Source: Candidatus Poseidoniales archaeon
GTDB lineage: Archaea > Thermoplasmatota > Poseidoniia > Poseidoniales > Thalassarchaeaceae
Direction of reading: 5' to 3'
Assembly: GCA_012960975.1 (NCBI GenBank)
Contig: DUAE01000055.1
Location: forward strand, 41,143-105,142
Length of the DNA stretch: 64,000 nucleotides
Shown here one piece after another: positions 39,234 to 48,471 of this stretch; the first letter of the stretch is position 1, and every line of letters starts with the position of its first letter. A program made the position numbers and the translations under genes. Below the pieces are notes generated by a model that saw only the letters and a list, made by a program, of their open reading frames with translations, did not search any database and was not told the DNA's origin.

Positions 39234-39659
39234 ATGCCACCAAGAATTGACCATGTCGGTATTGCGACAAAAAACTTAGAAGATTCATCATTATTATGGA
39301 ATCTTATTGGATTGAAACAAGGTGAAGATGAAATTATTACAGAACATGATGTTCGGGTACGTATGTTTCAGGGCATAGATAATGACTCTAATGTAACTTT
39401 CTCGAAAATAGAATTGATTGAACCATTAAGTGAAAATTCACCTATTGCTAAATTTATCTCCAACCGTGGCGCAGGCATACAACAAATTGCAATTAATGTT
39501 CAAAATATTCAATTAGTTATTGAAAAACTATTGAAAAATAATTTTAGAATGATTAACTCGACACCAAATATTGGTTCTAGTGGAAATTTAGTTGCATTTG
39601 TTCACCCTGAATCTACAGGTGGGGTTCTTGTTGAATTGGTACAAAACCGGCTACAATAA
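39234..39659 (+). CDS. mce: Methylmalonyl-CoA epimerase (VOC family)
   Basis: IDHVGIA, IELIEP, SPIAKF, AFVHP.STGGVLVELV; follows the mutase. Confidence 0.9.
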   Translation: MPPRIDHVGIATKNLEDSSLLWNLIGLKQGEDEIITEHDVRVRMFQGIDNDSNVTFSKIELIEPLSENSPIAKFISNRGAGIQQIAINVQNIQLVIEKLLKNNFRMINSTPNIGSSGNLVAFVHPESTGGVLVELVQNRLQ

Positions 39660-39690
39660 TCATCATATACGAACCTCTTGACCGGCCCCT

Positions 39691-39993
39691 ATGCTTCAGA
39701 GTGTTACCTCACTTTTGCCACTAGTTTCATTGACATGTTCGGCTATACAATTAGAGATGGAATTTATTTCAGAAACTTTAGAATTTCTACGAGATGGACA
39801 ATTAATCTCTAACGAAGCATATTTAGAAGCTGGATCCATTCAAGGTGGTATGAATGTGATTGCAAACCTATTAGATAATAATGTTCAAGATGAAGAAATA
39901 ACAATTCAATATCAAATTCTTAGTCAAAAAACTCAAAGATTGCACAATAACTTCCCTAAATTAAACGAATTAATTGAATCACACCGCAATTAA
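39691..39993 (+). CDS. Hypothetical protein
   Basis: 100-aa ORF filling the gap on the operon strand; no motif recognised. Confidence 0.55.
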   Translation: MLQSVTSLLPLVSLTCSAIQLEMEFISETLEFLRDGQLISNEAYLEAGSIQGGMNVIANLLDNNVQDEEITIQYQILSQKTQRLHNNFPKLNELIESHRN

Positions 39994-40006
39994 CTCTCAA
40001 TACCTG

Positions 40007-40048
40007 AGTATTACTTGAGTATTACTTGAGTATTACTATAGTAATACT
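40007..40048. repeat. Four palindromic AGTAWTACT boxes at 11-bp period (putative operator)
   Basis: AGTATTACT at 40007, 40018, 40029 and AGTAATACT at 40040. Confidence 0.9.
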
Positions 40049-40075
40049 TTTAGGTAAAGATATGTCCCTAAATGC

Positions 40076-40246
40076 ATGCCAAAAATCAGTTTGGACATGC
40101 CATTGGAATTATTGGATGATTTGAAACTACATGTAGGTGACAAGAAAAAATTTGTTTCTGTTGCTGATGCTATACGAACAGCATGTCGAAAACTTCTCGA
40201 CCAATTAGATGAAATTGATGAATTGCATGGAAGAAAGGGTGATTAA
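40076..40246 (+). CDS. Ribbon-helix-helix (CopG/Arc/MetJ-like) regulator, 56 aa
   Basis: Not in ORF track; MPKISLDMPLELLDDLKLHVGDKKKFVSVADAIRTACRKLLDQLDEIDELHGRKGD has the RHH pattern of N-terminal strand then two helices; stop 1 nt before folE ATG. Confidence 0.85.
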   Translation: MPKISLDMPLELLDDLKLHVGDKKKFVSVADAIRTACRKLLDQLDEIDELHGRKGD

Positions 40247-40247
40247 A

Positions 40248-40841
40248 ATGATTGAAGATAATTTTCGAGGCGAGGCGATTAAGGCAATTGATACACTGGT
40301 TAGATTCATTGAAAATAACGATGGAGGGGAACTCCGAGAAGGATTGAAACGTACACCTGAAAGAGTAATTGAATCATATTTAGAAATATTTTCTGGATAT
40401 TCAGATGATGCTCGAATTATTCTTGATGCAACTTTTAACGCTGAAGGCTATGATGGTATTGTTCTTCTAAGAAATATTGAATTTCACTCTACTTGTGAAC
40501 ATCATCTGCTACCTTTCTCTGGTACAGCGAGTGTTGCATACATTCCCGTCGATAAAATTGTTGGAATTAGTAAACTAGCTAGATTAGTAGATATGTACGC
40601 ACGTAGATTACAAAACCAAGAACGTATTACAAAATCAATAGCAAATGATTTAGAATCAATTTTGAAACCACTTGGTTCTGCTGTGATAATTGATGCATCA
40701 CATGGCTGTATGGCATGTAGAGGAGTCAAGAAACAACAATCAATTATGACAACTAGCGCTATGAATGGTGTGTTTTTTGAAAATTCAGAGGCTAGATCAG
40801 AATTATTACAACTAATTAGTAGAGATAACATAAATCGGTGA
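40248..40841 (+). CDS. folE: GTP cyclohydrolase IA
   Basis: REGLKRTPERV, STCEHHLLPF, GISKLARLV, Q.QERIT, HGCMACRGV. Confidence 0.95.
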   Translation: MIEDNFRGEAIKAIDTLVRFIENNDGGELREGLKRTPERVIESYLEIFSGYSDDARIILDATFNAEGYDGIVLLRNIEFHSTCEHHLLPFSGTASVAYIPVDKIVGISKLARLVDMYARRLQNQERITKSIANDLESILKPLGSAVIIDASHGCMACRGVKKQQSIMTTSAMNGVFFENSEARSELLQLISRDNINR

Positions 40842-40845
40842 TGAA

Positions 40846-41475
40846 ATGACTATGTTGATTCAAGCTAACAACTTAGAGGTCAAGTACCCAATTGTAGAAA
40901 TATTCTATAGTATCCAAGGTGAAGGTTATCATTCAGGTATTCCATCAATCTTTATTAGATTTGGGGGGTGTAATCTTAGGTGCCCTTGGTGTGATACAAA
41001 TTTTGATATTTGGGAAGATCTGTCACTAGGTGAAATTGTCAACAAATTATCTAAATTTAATTGCGATAGAATAATTTTTACTGGGGGTGAACCGGCATTA
41101 CAAGATTTAGAAACACTTTCAAATTGTTTGAAACCACTTGGATACTTCCTCAGTATAGAAACAAATGGAACAATTATTATTCCACCTGGAATAATTGATT
41201 GGATTTGTGTGAGTCCTAAGGATCAAGAATATGCTGATGTAAAAATTCGACAACAATCAGGTGATGAGCTAAAAGTAGTTTATTTAGGACAGCCTTTAGA
41301 AATGTACGATGAACTAAGAGAGGGTTTCGATTATCATTTATTGCAACCTTGTTACGATGAAAATAAAGATGTAGAGTGGAATGGGAATAATTTCAAATCA
41401 ACTGTTGAGGCTGTTAAAAATAATCCTGGATGGCATTTAAGTTTGCAAACTCACAAATGGATTGGGGTTGACTAA
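40846..41475 (+). CDS. queE: 7-carboxy-7-deazaguanine synthase (radical SAM)
   Basis: EIFYSIQGEG, GCNLRCPWCDT, TGGEP, IETNGT, VSPK, LQTHK. Confidence 0.95.
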   Translation: MTMLIQANNLEVKYPIVEIFYSIQGEGYHSGIPSIFIRFGGCNLRCPWCDTNFDIWEDLSLGEIVNKLSKFNCDRIIFTGGEPALQDLETLSNCLKPLGYFLSIETNGTIIIPPGIIDWICVSPKDQEYADVKIRQQSGDELKVVYLGQPLEMYDELREGFDYHLLQPCYDENKDVEWNGNNFKSTVEAVKNNPGWHLSLQTHKWIGVD

Positions 41476-42266
41476 TGACAAGCAAAGTTGCTATTATTGC
41501 ATTGAGTGGAGGTATGGATTCCACTGCCCTATTGATGCGATTATTGGCCGATGGGTATGATGTACATGCTATTTCGTATAATTACGGACAGAAACATGTG
41601 ATTGAAGTTCAGAGAGCGCTATCAAACCTTAATTATCTTTCACAAAATGGCTTTCATGTCAACCATCGAGTAATTGACTTAACCTCAGCGATGGATTCTT
41701 TCCATTCTGCTCTTACAGATGAATCGATAGAGATTCCAGAGGGACACTATGAGGAACTACAAATGAAGCAAACAGTAGTCCCAAATCGAAACGCAATTTT
41801 TGCTTCAATATTGTATGGATGTGCATTGTCTATTGCAATAAAAGAATCTCGAAATGTTGAAATCGCACTTGGTGTACATTCAGGGGATCATGCGATTTAT
41901 CCTGATTGCCGACCAGAATTCTACAGAGCTCTTGAACATGCTTTTGAAGTCGGCAATTGGGAGTCGGAAAATGTGGCATTTAAATTACCATATATTGATG
42001 GTGATAAAGAGACTATCCTTAGAGATGCAGAAATATCCATTTCACAACTCGGACTAGATTTTGATACTATATTTTCAAACACAATTACATCGTACAACCC
42101 AGACCGGCAAGGACGATCCTCTGGGACATCGGGGTCTGATGTAGAACGTATTCTAGCTTTTCACGCAATAGGAAGGGATGATCCAGTGCAATATGTCAAA
42201 CCTTGGAGTGACGTTCTTCGCAATGCCCTAACTACTGACAAAAAACACAAGGAGATCAACACATGA
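41475..42266 (+). CDS. queC: 7-cyano-7-deazaguanine synthase (variant lacking Zn cysteines)
   Basis: SGGMDS, YGQKH..E, VPNRNAIF, H.GDHAIYPDCRPEF. Confidence 0.93.
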   Translation: MTSKVAIIALSGGMDSTALLMRLLADGYDVHAISYNYGQKHVIEVQRALSNLNYLSQNGFHVNHRVIDLTSAMDSFHSALTDESIEIPEGHYEELQMKQTVVPNRNAIFASILYGCALSIAIKESRNVEIALGVHSGDHAIYPDCRPEFYRALEHAFEVGNWESENVAFKLPYIDGDKETILRDAEISISQLGLDFDTIFSNTITSYNPDRQGRSSGTSGSDVERILAFHAIGRDDPVQYVKPWSDVLRNALTTDKKHKEINT

Positions 42267-42664
42267 ACGACACAAATAATATCAATAATTTAAACCTGAA
42301 ATCGAGATTGACAAATATACAGTATCATGTCACACAAGAATCCGGTACTGAACCCCCTTTCACAGGCATATACTGGGATGAAAAAAGAAATGGGGATTAT
42401 TTCTGTATCTGTTGCGGCCACTTATTGTTCACTTCGAAAATGAAATATGATTCTAGATGTGGATGGCCATCGTTCCACCATGAAGAGCCTGGAGCAGGTA
42501 TCAAACGATTACCTGATCTTAGTGGGGGCATAGTAAGGGTAGAGGTTAGATGTGGCTCCTGTGATGCACATTTAGGACATGTGTTTGAAGATGGACCTAA
42601 AGATGAAGGGGGGGAGCGTTATTGCATAAATTCCGCAAGTATCCAATTTGGGGTCGATGTGTGA
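42263..42664 (+). CDS. msrB: Peptide-methionine (R)-S-oxide reductase
   Basis: GTEPPF, CICC, KYDSRCGWPSF, CGSCDAHLGHVFEDGP, RYCINS. Confidence 0.95.
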   Translation: MNDTNNINNLNLKSRLTNIQYHVTQESGTEPPFTGIYWDEKRNGDYFCICCGHLLFTSKMKYDSRCGWPSFHHEEPGAGIKRLPDLSGGIVRVEVRCGSCDAHLGHVFEDGPKDEGGERYCINSASIQFGVDV

Positions 42665-43116
42665 TGACGACGAGAATACGACGATGGGTTGAGACAGATA
42701 CAGGACACCGAGTTCCCAATCACAAAAGTAAGTGTAAACACTTTCATGGACATCGGTATCGTTGGGAAGCAGAAATTGAGGGGGATGTGGTGTCTGAGGC
42801 AGGCGCCTCTGAAGAAGGGATGTTGATTGATTTTTCAGATATTTCACAAATTCTTACCGAACATATTCATGATATTGTTGACCACGCTTTTTTGGTCTAC
42901 GAACATGATGATATTGCACAAAAAGCCCTATCTGAAATGGGAGATGGACATCGGACTGTTGTGGTGCCATTTATTCCTACAGCTGAAAATTTAGCCAAGT
43001 GGGCGTTTGAACAAGTCGAGCCTCACATCCGAACATCATTTGATAACGAATTAAAACTAAGGGCATTTCACGTCAGAGAAACACCGAAATCCTGGGCAAC
43101 TTGGACAAAATGTTAG
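42664..43116 (+). CDS. queD: 6-carboxytetrahydropterin synthase
   Basis: GHRVPNHKSKCKHFHGHRY, GMLIDF, DHAF, PTAENLA, ETPKSWA. Confidence 0.92.
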   Translation: MTTRIRRWVETDTGHRVPNHKSKCKHFHGHRYRWEAEIEGDVVSEAGASEEGMLIDFSDISQILTEHIHDIVDHAFLVYEHDDIAQKALSEMGDGHRTVVVPFIPTAENLAKWAFEQVEPHIRTSFDNELKLRAFHVRETPKSWATWTKC

Positions 43117-43931
43117 TTTTCACTACGATACTCATCCCATATTTCAGGGTTTTCGGACATATATTTCAATGCTAATTGTGAGTCATTTACAACACCAATA
43201 ATACGATGAATTTCATCATCCAATGGCAATCCACGGAAAATGACACGTGTCAAGACTTCTTCGATACCTTGACGCCGATGCTCTTTTGTAGGCATATTGT
43301 TAGATAAATTAGCAATAGATTCTTTCAAAATCTTCCTTAATTCTGGAGAGAGTAATCGCTCAGAATCCTTTATCATTAATTTATCTTTTTCGGAATCAGT
43401 CAAAGCGAGTAAATTCGTTGTATACCAATTATAACACACTATCGATACTGCATGACTCAAATTCAATATCGGGTATCCTTCCCAACTAGGAATTGTCATT
43501 AATAAATCACATTTTGATAATTGTTCATTCAGAAGACCAAAACCCTCTGGACCAAATATCACTCCCAATTGCCCATCAATATCAATTAATTTATGAGTTA
43601 ATTCAGATGGTGAAATAAAATGTCTAAGGGTAGTTTTAGATCCTAGTTCTCTTTTTCCAGAGGTGCCTATAACGATACTCAGATCAGATACAGCTTCATC
43701 TAGAGAATTGTATGTAGTGCAATTATCAAGAACTATTTGTGCATTTTTTGCGCGGTTACGGGTTTCTGAACTCCAATTTCCATCATGACCAACGATTCGT
43801 AAATCTTGGACGCCAAAATTTAGCATTGAACGGGCAACCGCTCCGATGTTACCATCGAATTTTGGTTCAACTAAAATTATGGACAACTTGGCCGAAAATT
43901 CCGGAGAAGGTATCTTTTGTAGATTGCCCAT
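43113..43931 (-). CDS. trmJ: tRNA 2'-O-methyltransferase, TrmJ/SpoU family
   Basis: VEPKFDGNIGAVAR.M.NFG, FGPEG.GL.N, YPILNLSHAV. Confidence 0.88.
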   Translation of the reverse strand: MGNLQKIPSPEFSAKLSIILVEPKFDGNIGAVARSMLNFGVQDLRIVGHDGNWSSETRNRAKNAQIVLDNCTTYNSLDEAVSDLSIVIGTSGKRELGSKTTLRHFISPSELTHKLIDIDGQLGVIFGPEGFGLLNEQLSKCDLLMTIPSWEGYPILNLSHAVSIVCYNWYTTNLLALTDSEKDKLMIKDSERLLSPELRKILKESIANLSNNMPTKEHRRQGIEEVLTRVIFRGLPLDDEIHRIIGVVNDSQLALKYMSENPEIWDEYRSEN

Positions 43932-43960
43932 GTTTAATCGACTGAAAATTTATTGAAAAA

Positions 43961-44152
43961 CTAATCCACTCGGCGTTGTTTATATCTTGTGATATAGCCT
44001 GCAATCCAATTTCTCATCCGCTTGTTATCTACATCTGTAAATTCCGAAACTAATGTTTTGTTTTCATCAAAGTCATTAGTAAACTTATCTGGATATATAT
44101 CCAAAAGTCGTAGTGCTCTGATTTTGATAAAAGAAGGTCTGATATTGCCCAT
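43961..44152 (-). CDS. rps17e: 30S ribosomal protein S17e
   Basis: [10 protein letters not shown]...DFDENK...RN.IAGYITR. Confidence 0.95.
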   Translation of the reverse strand: MGNIRPSFIKIRALRLLDIYPDKFTNDFDENKTLVSEFTDVDNKRMRNWIAGYITRYKQRRVD

Positions 44153-44154
44153 AT

Positions 44155-44418
44155 TTATTCCTCAAATAATTTAACTTCAAGAGGAAAACCCTCTTCGCGA
44201 GTACAAATAATTTTTATTTTTCTAGGAGGGTTTTGCATTCCTCTTGCCCAAATTGCATGGTTTACTGCTTCATCAATCCAGATGTCCTCATCTTCACCCT
44301 TTTTCATGTGCTGAGCAACATGTTTGCGAATCTCCGCCATCGCTCTATTTGCACGTGCCGTTCGAGGAACCGCCCAAGCAGCCCTTAATGGGATGATCAT
44401 TTCTCTTACCTCTGCCAT
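44155..44418 (-). CDS. rpl31e: 50S ribosomal protein L31e
   Basis: IPLR, RA.RAM..IR, N.AIWARG...PPRKI. Confidence 0.93.
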   Translation of the reverse strand: MAEVREMIIPLRAAWAVPRTARANRAMAEIRKHVAQHMKKGEDEDIWIDEAVNHAIWARGMQNPPRKIKIICTREEGFPLEVKLFEE

Positions 44419-44423
44419 TTAAA

Positions 44424-44579
44424 TCATCTCTGTAATTTTGATCTGCGCCACATGTGCCTTTTAGGGTGGGTCGTCACACTACGATTGGTACGAAGCATGA
44501 CCCACACTGGTACGCGTCGGTTCTGTTTTGTGACTTTCATAAGTCTCAATTTTTTTGCCAGTGGTTTCACTCTTGCCAT
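44424..44579 (-). CDS. rpl39e: 50S ribosomal protein L39e
   Basis: Not in ORF track; [51 protein letters not shown]. Confidence 0.95.
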   Translation of the reverse strand: MARVKPLAKKLRLMKVTKQNRRVPVWVMLRTNRSVTTHPKRHMWRRSKLQR

Positions 44580-44590
44580 ATTCTCACCGT

Positions 44591-45061
44591 TTAGTATTTT
44601 GAAAGCCCAGGGTATTTTTCTTCAGCAGCGCCTCGCACAGAATGAGCAAAATCATCCAGTAATGATTGGCCGACTGGTGTCAATACCTTTCCATGATTTA
44701 CAGTTTTAGGAAGATTCCATTGGCTTTTGATTAAACCAGCTGAATCTAATTGTTGTAGAATGAGGCGGGCGACACTTCGTGATCCTGAAGCAGCTCGATT
44801 TGGTTTAACTCCTCGATCCTTAGGACCGCCAAATAATTGCGCCATATGATTTGTTCCGATTGGACCTTTTATCCCTACTTTCCTCAATACTGCAGCAGAC
44901 CGTATGAACCACCAATCATCTTGCGTAGGGGGGCGTTCTCTGTGAGTGCCTGTTTTAGCATACTCTGCCCAATCAGGTGGCGAGATAGAATCGAATTCTT
45001 GCATCTTCGCAGAAAGTGCTGAAATCAACATATCAGCGGGTATATCATGGAACGTCGTCAT
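44591..45061 (-). CDS. rps19e: 30S ribosomal protein S19e
   Basis: [33 protein letters not shown]. Confidence 0.95.
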   Translation of the reverse strand: MTTFHDIPADMLISALSAKMQEFDSISPPDWAEYAKTGTHRERPPTQDDWWFIRSAAVLRKVGIKGPIGTNHMAQLFGGPKDRGVKPNRAASGSRSVARLILQQLDSAGLIKSQWNLPKTVNHGKVLTPVGQSLLDDFAHSVRGAAEEKYPGLSKY

Positions 45062-45078
45062 CTAACCATCCTCGTGCG

Positions 45079-45092
45079 AGCCCGCCGTCCTG
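45079..45092 (-). promoter_or_regulatory. Element CAGGACGGCGGGCT downstream of TTAAATA, upstream of rps19e
   Basis: 13 of 14 nt identical to CAGGTCGGCGGGCT upstream of rps12. Confidence 0.55.
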
Positions 45093-45200
45093 CAATCCAT
45101 ATTTAATCGTGATGATAATGCTCATGCTCACCACCCACTACTTTAGAATCATGAAGAGGCAGCAACAAGGTTTCAAATCATCGAGTTCTACCCGAGGGAT

Positions 45201-46001
45201 ATGAAGAAGTCCATGTCAAGGAACCCCAACCTGATGAGGACTATGATAGCCATGGGATTAATGTTAATATTTACCTTGGGATACGCGGTTCATTCTAATA
45301 CTATAAATTCGGAATATTATGGTTATTCCACATCTAATGAGGAAGTTTCTGCAAATCTCATTCCAGAAAACAATACTAGTGCATATTGGTTTTTTTCAAC
45401 TAATAGTGCGATAACGTGGATTAATACAACTATTGAAGGGGGACCTGAGGGTTCAATAATTTACGTCGAGGCAATTGGAACGGATTGGTATCACACACCC
45501 TCATTAGGAATGCCAGAGCGAGATTATAGTTGTAAGGAAAACATAAAAGATTATTCAGATATTATTGAAACGTGTGTTTCATCCAATTTTCATGAAATTT
45601 CAATTGATGATTCGAATTCATTAATTGGCTTAGTCTCATTGGAATTACCTCTCGGCGGTCTCGGTTATTTACAGGCCGACAGTGAGATTCAAGCAGAGGA
45701 AGAATCTGAAAAATTAATAATAGACAATAAACACTTAATCACTTGGAAAATTCAATTACGTGATGAAAGTGGCAGTATTTTGGAAAATCAAGGGTTTTCT
45801 GTTCATGTAAATTATACGCAACATGAACTTATTTCTGTGGAAAAGTTTGTCTTGGATCCGATTCAAGAATCGATATATAGTTTGGCCACTTTAATTGGTT
45901 GTTTCGCATTACTGATAATTTTACCACTAATGGCATATTTTTCAGCATCGTACAAAGAACAAAATGATGAAAAAGTCCGGTTGAACACGCCTGAAATCTA
46001 G
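45201..46001 (+). CDS. Hypothetical membrane-anchored protein
   Basis: N-terminal signal/TM and C-terminal TM around a soluble domain. Confidence 0.6.
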   Translation: MKKSMSRNPNLMRTMIAMGLMLIFTLGYAVHSNTINSEYYGYSTSNEEVSANLIPENNTSAYWFFSTNSAITWINTTIEGGPEGSIIYVEAIGTDWYHTPSLGMPERDYSCKENIKDYSDIIETCVSSNFHEISIDDSNSLIGLVSLELPLGGLGYLQADSEIQAEEESEKLIIDNKHLITWKIQLRDESGSILENQGFSVHVNYTQHELISVEKFVLDPIQESIYSLATLIGCFALLIILPLMAYFSASYKEQNDEKVRLNTPEI

Positions 46002-46008
46002 AAAATTA

Positions 46009-46413
46009 TTAATCCGCATTGGAACTGATGTCCCAGCTATTGTCAAATTCAGATTCAAGAAGTACCACTAAGTTCAGCTCGAGAAATTTTACTAATGAAG
46101 CAGAAAGACGATCGGAAACAGGAGCTATCCTTTCATGGAATGTTGAATCCATTATTTTTGTAATTGTTTTCAAATCTCTTGAACCGTCCATAAGTTCCCA
46201 AAATAATGAATTCAAATCATCTAATGGCCGTTTTAATTTTCTAGGGGCACGAAATAACTTGGAAACCATGCCTTCAAACCCTCTCGTTTGTTTTTCTATT
46301 ACAATAATAACCTGTTTACCAGTAATTCCTACTATTTGTGGATGAGGGCCAGTCTCACCTATTGTATGCCATTCAACTGGTGACCTAGTGGGGAAACATT
46401 CTGATGGATTCAT
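46009..46413 (-). CDS. PqqD-family (RRE-like winged-helix) protein
   Basis: LDDLNSLFWELMDGSRDL..I...M...F...RL...L..FLE.NLV pattern. Confidence 0.65.
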   Translation of the reverse strand: MNPSECFPTRSPVEWHTIGETGPHPQIVGITGKQVIIVIEKQTRGFEGMVSKLFRAPRKLKRPLDDLNSLFWELMDGSRDLKTITKIMDSTFHERIAPVSDRLSASLVKFLELNLVVLLESEFDNSWDISSNAD

Positions 46414-46540
46414 AGTGACACAATAACCGATTAATAATCCCTAGAGTTGTTCGATTTTTAATTGGTTGCAAATGAAATTCTTTCCTTTATTCCACGCAAT
46501 AATAGATAATACTTAACTGAAAAGAGTTTATCGGGAAATT

Positions 46541-48469
46541 ATGAACGATGAAGACATTAACGAACTATTACTTCGAGCTGAAGAAAAAGCCAATGCAAAT
46601 GATCTACATAGTTCAAGTGAATTGTATCAACGTGTCACAACTTTAGACCCGAAAAACGCTTCAGCTTGGTATGGATACGGAGTATTACAAGCCAAAATCG
46701 GAGAGAGGAAGAATGCAATTGAGGCTTTTGAAAATGCTTTTAATTTAAACCCCAATCATGGACCGAGCGCTGCTAATTTAGCTGTGCTTATTGAAAAAAA
46801 TGATTTGAAAAGATCGGCCAATTTAGCTAGAATTGGCATCAAACATATGGGGGAAAACACTGAACTAATTCGTTTATCTAATCTTCATCCAATAGAATCT
46901 TTACCATTAATTGAAGCTTCACATGTATATACAAATTTTGAACCTAAACAACCTCAGCTCACTCAAACTGAACAAATTACCGAATTACCAAACATAATCG
47001 CCAAACCAGTGATAATTAACAACACGGTAGAAATTAAAAATATATATTCAATTGAGGATTTGATCAAAAAATCAAAAGAATTCATACAATCAAATTTACA
47101 CCAAGAACTACTGGAATTATTAAAAAATAGATTGGAGACTGATGCATCTGAAAATCCGACTCTATGGCGCTATTGTGGCATTGCATTATGGGAATTGGAA
47201 ATGAAAGAGGAAGCTACAAATGCTCTGGAGTTCTCCCTAATTTTAGGCGATAAGTCAAAAAAATCAAATAGAATTATTGCAGAATACTATCGGGAAATTG
47301 GAGAAATAATTGAAGAGAAAGATTCTCTCATCAAAATTTTAGAATTTGGAGATGACCTATATGCGAATTCAAGGTTGGGTGAAATATTATTCGAAGAAGG
47401 AGATTTAGAAAATTCCCTATTAAATTATGAAAAGACATATGAAATCAGCAAAGATGATGACACTTTAGAATCTATAAATCAAATTAAAGAAATATATTTG
47501 GAAAGCCAACAACTTCCTCGGAATGCCTCGGAAACTACAGAGGAGGATGATACGAATTCAATTACTGAAGAATTATCTATAGAAATTGATAATGATAGTG
47601 GCCAATTCTCCTCGGAAACATTGGATGAAGAGAGTGATGATGAAAAATTAGTTATCACAAGTGAGGAAAAAATCACAGAGGAGGAAGAAATTGAAGATCT
47701 GGATCTGATTGAAGATGAATTTGTAAATTTAAAATCTGCTAGAATTTTTAGAGCAGAATCCTATCTAAACGAAGGGGAGTTTGCAGATTCAGTCAAAGAA
47801 TGGAAGGAATTGCTCCAAGAAGATTCCTCAGACCCAATTATTTGGAGGGGGTTGGCATCTGCTTTATCTGCAGCAGGCCATATTGAACGGGCAGAACAAT
47901 GTCTGTCACGTGCTACCGAAGTGTCAGAAGAGGAGACAATAGGACAACATACAACCGATTCAAAGGGGGAAGATTTAGTCCAAGCAGCTGTTGAAGCACA
48001 ACAAAAAGTTAGCAAGACGAGTTTTTCAGAAGAAGTTACTCTCAATGAATCTATTGAATGGTATAATAAAGGATTAACGATGTTGACTGAACTAAACGGT
48101 TTACAAGCATTAAATTGTTTCGAAAAGGCAATAAAAAGCGCCCCAAGAGAAGAAACAGAGTTAAGGGTCCGATCACAAAATGGTAAAGGTCACGCGCTCT
48201 ATCAACTCGAAAGATTCTCCGATAGCATTCAAGCATATCATGCTGCGATAACAATGGATCCAATAAATGTGAATGGAAGAACATTATACAATATGGGGTC
48301 ATCTTATGCGGCAATTGAACATTATGAAGATGCAATGAAATGTTTTGAACAAGCAAAATCTAGGGGTTTAGATTCTGAAGACCTCAAACTTTGCAAAACT
48401 CAATTTAATCGATGTAAATTACTAAAAAAGGAACAAGATAAGGTTACTAACTTACAAACCAACAATTAA
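46541..48469 (+). CDS. Tetratricopeptide repeat protein with acidic linker
   Basis: Multiple TPR-like units (AWYGYG...A..AFE.A..LNP; WYNKG; LYNMG..Y...EHYEDA..CFEQA). Confidence 0.85.
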   Translation: MNDEDINELLLRAEEKANANDLHSSSELYQRVTTLDPKNASAWYGYGVLQAKIGERKNAIEAFENAFNLNPNHGPSAANLAVLIEKNDLKRSANLARIGIKHMGENTELIRLSNLHPIESLPLIEASHVYTNFEPKQPQLTQTEQITELPNIIAKPVIINNTVEIKNIYSIEDLIKKSKEFIQSNLHQELLELLKNRLETDASENPTLWRYCGIALWELEMKEEATNALEFSLILGDKSKKSNRIIAEYYREIGEIIEEKDSLIKILEFGDDLYANSRLGEILFEEGDLENSLLNYEKTYEISKDDDTLESINQIKEIYLESQQLPRNASETTEEDDTNSITEELSIEIDNDSGQFSSETLDEESDDEKLVITSEEKITEEEEIEDLDLIEDEFVNLKSARIFRAESYLNEGEFADSVKEWKELLQEDSSDPIIWRGLASALSAAGHIERAEQCLSRATEVSEEETIGQHTTDSKGEDLVQAAVEAQQKVSKTSFSEEVTLNESIEWYNKGLTMLTELNGLQALNCFEKAIKSAPREETELRVRSQNGKGHALYQLERFSDSIQAYHAAITMDPINVNGRTLYNMGSSYAAIEHYEDAMKCFEQAKSRGLDSEDLKLCKTQFNRCKLLKKEQDKVTNLQTNN

Positions 48470-48471
48470 GA

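Noticed and set aside
40005-40048. Tandem repeat as a CRISPR array
   Set aside because: Unit is 11 bp with no unique spacers and no cas genes; better explained as an operator
40248-43116. preQ0 genes plus EVE as a DNA 7-deazaguanine modification or defence island
   Set aside because: No dpdA/TGT-like, dnd or nuclease gene in the window and EVE is about 15 kb away; tRNA archaeosine supply is simpler
44452-44709. 85-aa plus-strand ORF
   Set aside because: Antisense to rpl39e and rps19e
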